Below, in pieces: positions 1 through 11,205 of a stretch of 64,000 bases of DNA. The notes under the pieces were generated by a model. The model was not told the origin of the DNA, ran no database searches, and worked only from the letters and a program-made list of their open reading frames with translations. Position 1 is the stretch's first letter. The number at the start of each line of letters is the position of its first letter. Origin of the DNA: Cyanophora paradoxa CCMP329 (lineage: Eukaryota; Plantae; Glaucophyta). Position numbers and translations under genes: made by a program. The DNA lies in contig QPMI01000092.1 of assembly GCA_004431415.1 (NCBI GenBank), positions 77,656-141,655 of the forward strand, written 5' to 3'.

Positions 1-909
1 TGAAGTATGTTGCAAGTGAAGACTTTTCCGGGCACTGAGGCTTCTGGATGGCCGGGACGTAGTCAGTTTGAGAGCAGCAAAGGAGTGCACACATTTTGCA
101 GCAGGCAGGCGACGCGCGAGACAGCTCTCTTGCCTGTGTAGGCGCTAGTGATGATGTTGCGCGGAGCTCCCTCCTGCTTCCACCGCCGAGGTGCGCTGCA
201 AAGACGCGGGTGCGGCTTCTGGGTACAAGATCAAGGCCTTTTGCGGGTACCAGTGTTCAAAAATTTAAACGCAACTTCATGATTTTCGCCCTTCGAAATT
301 AATAATACTTTGGCCACGGAGATCGCTGTGAAAGTTAATAAATATCTGTGAAATGGACATAATTATACTGGAATTGCGATAATTTTCGCATCCTAAAATA
401 CCGTTACATTTCCGAAATTGTTCTAGTTTGGGTCAGCCTTGGGAGCCTCTCAAAGCGCCGGACCGCCGCCGGTTGTTATGTTTTATTAATTATGGGAAAT
501 AATTTGGTACCGGGATGCTAGCCATTGGTTAGCAAAGTATTTGTTTGGCCCAGCCGGCGGCGCCGGCTCTCTTGCGATTTGCCGACGCTAATTCTTAATT
601 AATTAATTCATGTGCCTAGTAGGGTAGCTCGGCTAGAACTAGGTTACTAGTAGCCTGAGTGCCAGTGACTCATGATCAGTGACGGTCGCGATCGGACAGT
701 CCGGGAGTACTAGTGCACGTTGCCCGGCGAGTCGGTGTCACAACGGTAGTCATGTCACGATGCTACTATCATGCTAGTACTACTAGGGCTACGGTACTAC
801 GGATTCTTAGTACGGAATACGTAGCCTAACATACGGTGTGGCTCGAGCCTCGGCCCTCGGAGTGCAGGCCTAGGCCAGCGCTGTGCTGATCATCATGGCA
901 TGCTTGCAG

Positions 910-1908
910 GTGTCTTTGGGGCCGCATTTTTTCCACCGGTTGGTCCCCACTTCGAAGACAGATAAAAAACGGTTCATGATCAATCGGTCAACTGCGCATG
1001 CCGGCCGGACTCGGGATCTGGAGTCTGCACTGACCGGACTCTGCCACTGAGTGCAGTACTAGTTCTACGGAACTTCTACCTATACAAAAAATATTTACTG
1101 CTAATTATATATAAGGCCGCTACTAGGCCCGCTAGTACCAGGCTACTACCAGCCAACTTGCAAGTGTCTTTAGGGCCGCATTTTTTTCACCGGTTGAGCC
1201 TCCACTTCCTAGACAGATAAAAAAAACGGTTCATGGACTAGCCTACTAACTCAGTGAGAGCCTGAGACTAGTACTACTACGGTCACCGGGTACTACAAGA
1301 AACATACAGATAACTAATTATTATAGGTACCACTACCACCGGTAACAGCCTGGCCCGCTGGCCCACTACCGCCCACAGCCTAGTCTCTCTACTAGCTATA
1401 GCTAGCTATATAGTGCACAGAGAAGGTAGGACTAATTATTATAAAAACTTAATAGCTACATAGTGCACATGCAGAGAAGGTAGGACTAATTATTATAAAA
1501 TATTAATTTTTTTGTAAATCGGCGGCCAGCGTCGGCCACGGCGGCCTAGTCTCTCTACTAGCTATATATAGTGCACACTGCACAGACAAGGTAGGACTAA
1601 TTGTTTATATAATAAGACAACATATATATATATATGTGTGTATGTAGGCTACAGTATAGTCTGTCTTCGAAGTGGAGTCAAACGGGCGAAAAAAAAGCGG
1701 CCCTAAAGACAAACAACTTGGAGACTCCTGCGCAGCTGCGCTGCGAGCCAGCGACTGTGCATGCTGTGCTACCATTAATATTGCAGCGTTAGCAACTTGA
1801 ACATCTAGGCCTAGCCTCCTAGGCTATAGCTATGTACATATATATATATATATAGTCTGTCTAGGAAGTGGAGGCTCAACCGGTGAAAAAAATGCGACCC
1901 TGAAGACA
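910..1908. repeat. Direct/inverted ~52-70-bp repeat cluster in the Rep-H3 intergenic region (copy A)
   Basis: tgtctt..ggccgcatttttt..caccggtt..ccactt..agacaga forward at ~910 and ~1164, inverted at ~1660 and ~1856. Three tagtgcac..aaggtaggactaatt repeats lie between them. Confidence 0.85.
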
Positions 1909-2048
1909 AGCTCCTAGCAGCTGCTAGCCGCCCGATGGCCTGCTCGGAGGAGGCTGCTCCTGCCTGGTGCACGACATTCTTTCGTCGTCCTCATTCCTAG
2001 GTCTCGCCCTCTAGATCTCGTCCGACATCAGTGAAGGCAGCTGAAGGG

Positions 2049-2628
2049 ATGGCGCGCGTCAAAGCCACACCCAAGAAGAACACTGCTGGCAAGGCTCCTA
2101 GCAAGGAGGCAGTGCTTCGGGCCGAGAATGGTCGCAAAAATGGCTCAGCTGCAGCCTCTGCGACCAAGCCCGCTCGCTACCGCCCAGGTGCGACCCTTTG
2201 CGTCTCTCACGATGCGCAAACACTTAACTGATGTCTGTGCGCGCTCAGGGACCGTCGCTCTGCGCGAAATCCGGAAGTACCAGAAGACCACTGACCTGCT
2301 CATTCGCAAGCTGCCATTCCAGCGGCTGGTCAGGGAGATCGCTCAGCCATTGAGTAATGACGATCTGCGCTTTCAAGCAAGCTCCATTCTCGCGATTCAG
2401 TCAGCGGCGGAGGCCTTCCTGATCAGTCTGTTTGAGGATGCGAACCTGTGTGCCATCCACGCCAAGCGTGTGACTCTGATGGTGAAGGACATTCAGCTGG
2501 CTCGTCGCATTCGCGGAGAGATCTCGAAGATTGAGAAGTCTCAGCCTAAGCCTGCAGCTTCGACGTCTCCGGACGTAACCCCTATTACAGCTCTCGCGGC
2601 CAATTTAGGTGATCAGCTTCAGCTGTAG
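2049..2628 (+). CDS. H3: Divergent histone H3 variant, join(2049..2187,2249..2628), 172 aa (copy A)
   Basis: [17 protein letters not shown]...RYRPG spliced over a 61-bp GT-AG intron to [12 protein letters not shown]...[12 protein letters not shown]...[10 protein letters not shown]...[11 protein letters not shown]; 35-aa C-terminal extension. Confidence 0.93.
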
Positions 2629-2726
2629 CTGTGCAAGCCTTAAAGAAAACGTGATGATAGTTATCAATCAGAGATTGTGCGCGCTGAATTTCGAAAAAGT
2701 TTTCTGATTGTATCATTAATCGAAAC

Positions 2727-5700
2727 ATGAGCTCCCGAGCCGTAAGAAACAACCTTAGAACCGAAATCAATGAGCTTGCACAGAGGCTATATGAGCGAGG
2801 CTATATTAATGGCACGTACAGGAACTCGCTAGTGCGTCCTCTAACAAACACCAGGACCCACACTGACACACTCCGATCCTCTCTAGCATCACTGCTCAGG
2901 CTGCAGGGGACAGAAAGGCCTCAGCGTCCGCTGTACGGGCGAGACGTTGCCGCACATTTCGAGAGGGGGCAGGCTGCGCGAGCAGCAGCAACACAGGAGA
3001 TTGATGACGTTGCGGAAGCTATATCAGGGCTATTCCGCGAGCAGGCGTCGGCCAACGTTAACGTAGTTCGCACCTATACTCACCACGAGTATCCAGGGCT
3101 GCTTTTCACAAAGGACGTGATAGAGATAGAGCCGACAGCTGATCCAGAGAGAGTGAAAGAATTGACGATAGCGTTTCTGAACGAGCTGCGAGTCCCAGAG
3201 AGGATTGGAGCTGCTGTTTTAATTCGCTTTCATTTTGAGAATTTCCACATGTACCGCACGCAGCTTGCGACCATAGAGGAGGCACAATGCAGTCACTTCT
3301 AGCAAATCTCGCGGAGAAGATGGAGAGCTGGATGCTAGCGCAGCAGCCCTACGAGGACACTGATGTCTGGCCAGTCGTGCAGATCGAGGTGCTTATTGCA
3401 GAAAACGCAGCAGGGGCTCTGGGAAATGTACCTAAGCTGCCCTTTGGAGGGAAGGCCCTAACGATGAACAAGATCTACTGTCCGATCTCTCCAGAGGACA
3501 ACTGCGTGCTTGAATGCTTTGAGCATGAGAAGCTCAATCCCGGTCGTCTGAGCCTTGAGAGAGTATACAAGCAGCTTCAGCATGTTGATTACGGTTCGAT
3601 TCGCACTCAGCTGGGGCTTCCCCGGGGACTAATTGCAGTCGATGAACCTACCATACGCAAGCTGAGCCAGCACTATAGAATCGATGCAAGCATTTTCGAG
3701 TGGATCTCGGACCGCAGCGCGTCGAAGTTCAAGCTCCTATTTTCAACTGAATTTGGCTTTGAACGCCGAGCCCACCTTTGCGTGGTCGATGCTCACTGCT
3801 TTCTAATTAAAGATAAGAGAACGTGCGAGATGCAGAAGTGCAGAGCCTGCGGAAAGATGCAGTATGATTTGGCGACTCACAAGGAAACCTGCCGCTTCTG
3901 CTATACCTGCCGCTGCGCCTACAATCCGAAGGAGGACCATGCAAGCAAATGCGATGAAGCAGTGAGGAACAAGAGCGTTATTGAACGCAAAATCAAGCCA
4001 TGCGAGCCCGAGGAAGAGTTTACAGCCCTAAACTCAGTCATAGCGGCAGACTTTGAAACGTTTGCACCCAACCGCACGACCCACGTTCCGTACGCAGTCG
4101 ATATGGACATAATTAGCAAAGGAGAGATCACGGAAACGAAATCGTTCTGCGGCCCCGAAACTCTGGAACAGTTTATGCTCTGGCTTGACGACTGGAAAGA
4201 AAAGTCGACTCTAGTATTCTTCAATGGCAGCGGCTTCGACTTGATATTTATCTATAAGTGGCTTGTCCAGAACCGCCCAGACTGCCAGGTCAAGGTGATG
4301 CGCTCATCCGGAAAGATCAAGAGCATGGAGTGGAAGACGCTGGCCGGGGGAGAGTTTAAAAGCTTCGATCCCTGCTTGCACATACAGGGCTCACTGCGGC
4401 AGGCTGGGAAGGACTACGGGTGCACCACCTTGAAAGGGGATTTTGACCACCGAAAGATAAGAGCTTGGGATGACGTTGAGATTCACAAGGAAGCCTGGAG
4501 CGAATATTTGAGAGCTGACGTTCGGTCAATGACTGAGCTGTATATTAAGTACGCTCGGACATGTTTTGATCTATTTGGGATAAATGTGAATTCGAAGCGC
4601 ACCTTGACAGCATCGGCGATGGCTTTTCAGATCCACAGGCAGCTAATGAAAACGGAAGTGCTGCTACCGAAATACAAGGAGGACCAGATTTTTCGCAAAG
4701 CGATTTACGGAGGGCGATGCCTACCATTCAAGCGGAAGTTTGTCTCGAAGGGTCCAGATGATTACTTGGTAGATCTGGATGTGGTCTCTCTCTATCCGAC
4801 GGCTATGTACTTTAATTACTTTCCCACTGGTAAATTTAAATGCATCACCGATCAAGCGGAGCTAGAGCGATTCCGCAAGTTTATGCTGAGCAGGAAAATG
4901 GAACAGCTGTTTGTTGCAAAGATTAGCGCTAAAATTCCTCAGGATCTTGTGCTCTCTCCCCTTCCCCGCCACGAAGCCAATCTGGGATGGTCTAACTTGA
5001 AGCCTATTGAGAAAGAAATGTACACCTCAGTCGATATCTACCGGGCGATAGCACTGGGAGTTGAGATCACAGAGCTGCACGAGGTGTACTTGTTTGAGGG
5101 CAAGGAACGAATGTTCAAAGATTACATTGAGAAGCTGTACTGCATGAAAGCACGCTCACGAAAGGGAACCGCCCAGTATGCTACGGCGAAGATCCTCTTG
5201 AATGGGCTCTATGGAAAATTTGCTCAGCGTCCAGTAATTGAGACAACCGAGCTGGTCTCAAACTACAGACGATTCAAGGAGATACAGCGATCATCGACGA
5301 TTACGGACATTGACATAGAGAATGATACGAGAATGTACGTCACATTTGAGATCCCTGAGTATAGGCGGGATGCCTGCGTTTCGAAGCCTTGCTTTGTTGG
5401 TGCATTTATCCTCTCCTACAGCCGCGAAATCATGGATCGATTTTTGGTGAGGATGAACTCATATAAGGACGTAGAGGCAATGCCATACTACACAGATACA
5501 GATTCTATGATCGTGCACAGGAGGTTTGCTGAGCTTCTGAAGGACTGCATGAAGCAGCCATATTCAGTTGAGGAATGTCAGAGGAGGAAGGGAATAGAAT
5601 GATCTGCGAGAGCGAGCTGGGGAAACTAGATTATGACATCCAAGGGAGAATTACTGAGGCTTACTTCATTGGTCCAAAGGTTTATTGCTGCTACTTTGTG

Positions 5701-6098
5701 AGGTCGAATGGGGAACCAGATCTGCATGTGCGGGCAAAGGGAATTCCGAAGAGCTGGATAGAGGAGAACTGGCTCCCGAGTGATCCAGTGGCAAAGAAGG
5801 AATCCCTTGATAACCGAATTGCTTTGGAGGCCTTCACAAGGATGCTAGAGGAACGTTATCAGCCGCAGTGCACACTAGATTCTAAACTAGCGCGTGTTTT
5901 CAAGCCCAATGGAAAGCAACGCGAGGCTGGGATCGACTTCAGCTCTATAATTCAGATTCCATTCAGCCGAATACTCAACAAAACGGAGTATACGAAACGA
6001 AAGATTATTCCTGACGAATATTACAGCACGGTTCCCATGAATACGTTCGAGCAACAGGCGGCAGCCAAGAAGGCAACCTTGACTTTGTCGATCTCTGA
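2727..6098 (+). CDS. polB: Protein-primed family B DNA polymerase (copy A; three 1-bp deletions relative to consensus)
   Basis: ExoI ADFET, ExoII FNGSGFD, ExoIII YLRAD, motif A DVVSLYP, motif B KILLNGLYGKF, motif C YTDTDS, GPKVY. Confidence 0.93.
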
Positions 6099-7254
6099 TG
6101 CTTACTATGATCCTGAGACAGGGCTCCAGTCAGCTGCACGGATAGCTAAGAAGCTGAAGATGCCGCTGGCAAGGGTGCAGGCAGTGCTCGCGAAGCTGTC
6201 CACAGCTCAGCGCTTTGCAAAACCGGTGAAAGAGAAGCCGTACACCAGTATCACGTATAATCACCCAGAGAAGTATTATGAAGTGGATTTGATCGATGTC
6301 AGTCCCTATGCTAGAAGCAACCGCGGAGTGCACTTCATCATGAACGCTGTGGATGTTGTAACCCGGAAAGCGTACAGCATTCCAATGAAAAATAAAAGCG
6401 AGGGGACCCTGCTTTCGACACTGCGGCAGCTCATAGCAAGCTTTCCGGTGAAGCCCGATATCATTCAGACGGATCAGGAATTCAAGGCTACAGCTGCAAC
6501 TATGCTAGCAGCCGAGGGGATAAAGCACAATGCTGTCGAGGCGCATCGTCCGCAGGCAAATGGAAAGGTAGAGCGCTTTAATGGTACTCTGAAGCGGATC
6601 ATTGCAAGATACATGGAGGCGTACGACACCGACCGATATATCGATAAGCTGCCATCCTTTCTGCGCAACTATAACAGCTCCGAGCATAGAGCTATTAAAA
6701 CTACGCCTGATGAGGCAGCAAAGAACCCAGCACCTGTTATTGCAAGAAACGATTATCAGAGAGAGGCGTACGAGCAGCAGCACTATCTGAAAGAGGCCGA
6801 GTTCAAGGTAGGAGACTCTGTGCGCGTAAAGCTGGCGAGGAACACGTTTGATAAATCAACGAAGCCGACGTACTCAAAAGAAGTCTATCAGATTGAAGCT
6901 ATAGGAGGATTTGGCCCTCTGCTCAAGTTCAAGCTTGCTGGATACGACAAGGAGGTGAGCTACCAGCAGCTGCTGAAAGTGCCAGCAGAGACAGAGCAGC
7001 GGCGGGCTGGAAGTGCTGCACAGAATGCCCTTCGCCGTCGAAAGCAGGAGCTGAATTTGATGCAAGAGAATCTGGACAAGTCAGACATCGAAAAAAATAA
7101 GAGACTTCTCCGGGTTCAAAAGCAGCTGCTTACTGCTGGAACCAAGGCGTTAAATCCAGGAGGTTCGACAGCTCGGTGGTACACGTCTTTTGAAAATGCG
7201 AAGGCCTCTTATTCTGCGCCCAGCAACACGAGGACACTTAGACCGAGACGCTGA
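6037..7254 (+). CDS. Retroviral-like (rve/DDE) integrase (copy A)
   Basis: EVDLID, QTDQEF, NGKVERFNGTLK; identical to 22960-24177. Confidence 0.92.
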   Translation: MNTFEQQAAAKKATLTLSISDAYYDPETGLQSAARIAKKLKMPLARVQAVLAKLSTAQRFAKPVKEKPYTSITYNHPEKYYEVDLIDVSPYARSNRGVHFIMNAVDVVTRKAYSIPMKNKSEGTLLSTLRQLIASFPVKPDIIQTDQEFKATAATMLAAEGIKHNAVEAHRPQANGKVERFNGTLKRIIARYMEAYDTDRYIDKLPSFLRNYNSSEHRAIKTTPDEAAKNPAPVIARNDYQREAYEQQHYLKEAEFKVGDSVRVKLARNTFDKSTKPTYSKEVYQIEAIGGFGPLLKFKLAGYDKEVSYQQLLKVPAETEQRRAGSAAQNALRRRKQELNLMQENLDKSDIEKNKRLLRVQKQLLTAGTKALNPGGSTARWYTSFENAKASYSAPSNTRTLRPRR

Positions 7255-7468
7255 TTCCAGCGGAAGCTAGGGCACTCTCAAGTACAGAGATTCGATTTAT
7301 CAACCGAGTGCGATAGCGCTTGTTTGCCTCGTTGTGAGCATCTTTGTGCGAAGCCTGATATCTGCTGCTCTGCTCAATGTGTCTCTGGCGATATGCAGGG
7401 TCCTCGCTGTATTTTCTGCGGTGGTACTCTGCTTTCTTCTCCCTTCTTGCTTGAATAATCTCTGGCGT
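7238..7468 (-). pseudogene. 5'-truncated copy of the small basic viral ORF (intact at 24161-24451)
   Basis: Same C-terminal sequence (TPEIIQARREKK...AGISVSV); the start is replaced by GC-rich element sequence. Confidence 0.85.
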
Positions 7469-7469
7469 C

Positions 7470-7528
7470 GTGAGATCCGTCGACGTCCTGGGATTAGTGA
7501 GATCCGTCGACGTCCTGGGATTAGTGAG
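7470..7528. repeat. 27-bp tandem duplication at the copy A / GC-element junction
   Basis: gtgagatccgtcgacgtcctgggatta x2 followed by gtgag. Confidence 0.9.
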
Positions 7529-10500
7529 GTCGTTGTATGCGATCGTGTACGTGTGCTGCCGTGTGAGCGGTCCAAGGAGGCCGTGGGGGGCGAACGCGGA
7601 CGACTGCACGCGCGAGGCTAGGCTCGGCGTCCCGGCCGACGGGGTCTCCGATGGAGCTACGGACTCGGCGGTGGAGCCACCACTGTCCGAGCTGGAGTCG
7701 TCGCCGTCAGAGGTTCCCGTCGTCTCGGTCCCCGTAGGACTACGACGCGGAGGCCTGTTACTGCCAGATGGCTTGAAGACAACACCCTGGATGTGACCGA
7801 AGCGTGCCAGTCCCGTCGGCTCGTTGGTGCGCAGATCCTTGAAGTCGGTCGACCAGACGACGAAGGGTCGGACAAAGGGCTTGCGCGCAATCCCAGGGTT
7901 CCGACGAATGTACTCGTCCGTGCCCACGAGCTTGATCTTGCCGTCGAGGCGCGGGTCCCAAATGTACGCGCGCGACTCCTCTGCCTTCGTCGTAGTGATG
8001 TAGTTCATGATGTTAGTGAAGCGCGTGCGGCCTTCGTACGGGTCGACAGGCGCGCCGTGGGGGCCGTGACCAATGTAAATGTGGGGATCTGACGAAGGAG
8101 GCTGTCGTTGTCCGGATCGCCCAGGGAGTGACGCAGGGGGAGGACGTCGACGATCTGTACCGCCCGGTAGGCTTCGCGGCTAGTGAACGTGATGGGCCGC
8201 CTCGTCGCCGCGTCGACGGTGGCGTGATTGTAAACGAATTGTTCCAACCAACCGTGGAGTAGCGCCCGCGCCTGCGGTTCGCGACTGAAGATGGCGGCGC
8301 CGAATTCATTGTAGAATGGATCGAATGTGAAGTTGCCATATTCGGCGTGACGGAATTGCTCGTGTATGTCGGCGTATCGCTGTTCGAAATCCATAATAGC
8401 GTTGCGCACTGCGCTCGCGTTGACGTCATAGACACTGGGACGATGCGGGTGTGACGGATCGTTCGTGGGATCGAAGTCAGCGCCCCGGACTTGGGCGTTG
8501 AGTGCGTTGATGACTCCATCCGGGAGTCGGAATGCTACGGGCCAGCAGTGGTTTCGATCCATGTCGACATCTTCGCGAGCCGCCGGGGGTGTCTCGTGCT
8601 TGATCTGGACCGCCAACCAGTCGTTGGTTGCCTTGTGCAGTAGGGATTCGAAGGCTGTGATTAAATGTGCCGGGTCGACGCGTTCGCAGTCAGGGTACTC
8701 GACCTCGTACCATTTGTCGAGTTTGGCACTGCGCGCCACTTCGCCTGAAGCCGTGAAGCGGAAGTGCAGCTCATCCTCGTGGCTACGAACGTAGTCGATG
8801 ATGATGTTCCCGAGTTCCCCGGTAGGGGCTCGAGGAAGAACGACAAGGCACCGTGCAGCTTGACTGCCGCCGCCAGGTACGCTGCGATTCCGTACACCCA
8901 AGTGTGTACCGAAAGCGGGAACCCCAGGACCTGGTGGACGACGGGGGCGTTGCAGGCGCGGTGCCCGTGGGCCCGCGACGACGCAGAGACACGACGACGC
9001 CCCAGGGCCAGTGTAGTCATTGACGGACACCGGGAAGTACTTGGGTCGGGCCGCACGGGTGCGGCCCCGCCGCCTCGTTTGGGGTTTCCTCGTGCCCGCG
9101 ATGATCTGCTGCCAGGTGTTCCGGTTGTTCGCGTCGAAGATAGTGATGTGCGAGCGGTTCTGGATCGTGTTGGGGCACCGCGGCTGGGTCCGGCCGGTGC
9201 AACGTGCGTGAATCGGACGATTCGAGGGCCGCACAGGTCAGCATTGGCCGGCGTAAGAGTCATGGGCGGCGCGTTGAGGTCGTCGGGCATGGCAATCTCG
9301 TAGAAGCATCGTTCGACATCTTGACGTGAAGCGGAGTCACGGAGGTGCGCGTGGTTGTCCTCGTCGTAGATGCAGTCGAAGTAGTCGGCATACTTGTTGG
9401 CCGGGTGGAACTCGTCGGCGGCCGTGATCAGGAACGATCGGAAGGGCAGGCCCGCGCGGTTGTGCTGGCTGAGTTCGCCATGGCCGGGAGCACCGGCGCG
9501 GTACGGGTAGGTGCCGGGGCCGACGCCGTAGCGTAGGACACGACTGAGTGCTCGCGAGAAGTTCGACCAGCGTACGTGCATCTTCATGAGGAATGGGCGC
9601 ATGTACGGGACGCGCCGGAGAAATGCCTCGAGACCAGAGTCGCCGAGTTGCACGTATGGCATGTGGACCTCACCTAGGACGTGCATGTACTTCTTTGTCG
9701 TGGTGGCGGGATGAACTGGGGGTGGGTCCCGAGTCGGGATTCCCTCCAGCTCTTCGACCGGCGGCGGCTCCGGGAGCTCCTCCGGTCTGTGCCCGTCCTC
9801 CACAGTGAGCTCCTCGGTCAGATCAGCCGTCTGTCCGAACGGGGCTGGGCCTCCGAGGATGTGAGCCGCGACGGCGAAGATGTGGGCGCGTGTCGCCCAT
9901 GTTCCTGGATCGTTTTGCAGTACGCTGTGGCCAGGAAGTCCGTGTTCGTGAAGAGAAGCGGTGTCATGAAGATGTGATAGGAGGTATCCCGTCCCGGATC
10001 AGTATCCAGAGGTAGGAAGTCACCTCCAGCTCGCGTCTCCTCGGGGCTGTATGTGCGCATGCCGTACGGGAGTGGGGGGCGAGGATTGTGGAGACGGATT
10101 GGGTACCAGTCGTTGATCGTTTGGGCGAATAATTCCCCGTTGATGTGATTGTTGCGCCGTCCAAAACCCGCATAGAACGTGTCGCGCTCGTTCTCCGTCG
10201 AATCAGGTCGCGGTTCCCGTCGGACCATCACGCCGCTCAGATCCGGCCACACTCCGTGCTGGTAGCCAGCGCCGTCGACGACCGTGAAGCCCTTCGCCCA
10301 TTCCTCGTTGAGGAAGGCCCAGAAATAGACGTCAGGAATGTCAGCGTTCTCCGAGAGTAGCACCTCCTTGAAAGGAACAGTGTGGAGTTCGCTCAAAATT
10401 CTGGAGATGATGGAGTCGACCTCCTCGGGAGTGAGCCGGGCGGCCTTGCGCTCCTTCTTCTGCAACTTCTCGTCATTCGGTCGCTTCTTGCGGGGCGCTT

Positions 10501-11205
10501 GCGCTCTGTTCCGTAGACCATAGCGCGGGCACGAAGCCCGAAGTACGTGTTGGAGTTCCAGAAAGTGTCCTTGCTCATGTCGTCGACAAGTCCAACGAGG
10601 GAATCCCAGTCAGGAACGCGAGGCAAGATGTCGATGCCGTCCGACGTCCACTGTGTCAGGTATCCGTACTCGTCAACGTCGCGCTCAGGGGCCGTGGGAC
10701 CGGGACGGCGAGAGGGTCGGTGACGGGTACCATCGGACTGGGGAGGACAGGGAGTAGGTGATCGCGGTAGCGCGGGTAAAGCATGCAGTAGAACAGATTC
10801 AATCGATGCTCGGCGTCCAGGAGGAAGGCCCGTGTTACCGCCAAGCGCTGGGTGGTCGTAGCCTTGCTAAGTGCAGTGTCGAGTCGAGCGACGAGGCCGA
10901 AAGCAAGCTTGCTCGCAGTACGAGTGCTTGACTCCGTCTCGAGCTTGTACGCGCGACGCATGGCCTCGAGAGTCAGCTGGAGGATATGGGAGCGCCACGC
11001 AGTTTTGCACGCCAGGAGCGCCGCCTCTTCAGGGTGCACCATTATGTAACGGTCAGAGTTGTAATAGAGCTCGACAGCTGGCTCGGGCTGCTTCGGGGTG
11101 AAGACGGGGGCGTGCAGTCGCGATTCGAGACGGATCGGTTTGCCCTTCTTGGCGAGTTGACGCTTGTGCATGAACGTAGTGATTGACATCGCGACAACGG
11201 TGGTG

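Larger units (their letters stand above)
1..7468 (+). mobile_element. Truncated second copy (copy A) of the Polinton-like virus; left end lies outside the window
   Basis: Matches 16925-24391 (offset 16924, then 16923) except for seven 1-bp indels in G/C runs that I could find. Identity stops abruptly after ...ctctggcgt at 7468. Confidence 0.95.

Noticed and set aside
2727-6098. Programmed frameshifting or pseudogenisation of polB
   Set aside because: Breaks are at different positions in the two copies and all are 1-bp homopolymer differences.
5575-7254. Apparent pPolB-integrase fusion protein in copy A
   Set aside because: It depends on ccc (A) vs cccc (B) at ~6034/22956. At the other six discrepancies the longer run is the frame-preserving one, so separate overlapping genes are more likely. 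Accurate reads would settle it.
7238-8008. 256-aa ORF as a genuine gene
   Set aside because: Chimera across the 7468 junction between the GC element frame and a truncated viral gene.
9520-9570. SRALSRVLRY resembling the Tpt1/KptA N-terminal motif
   Set aside because: Single short match; the downstream HGT and other motifs were not found.
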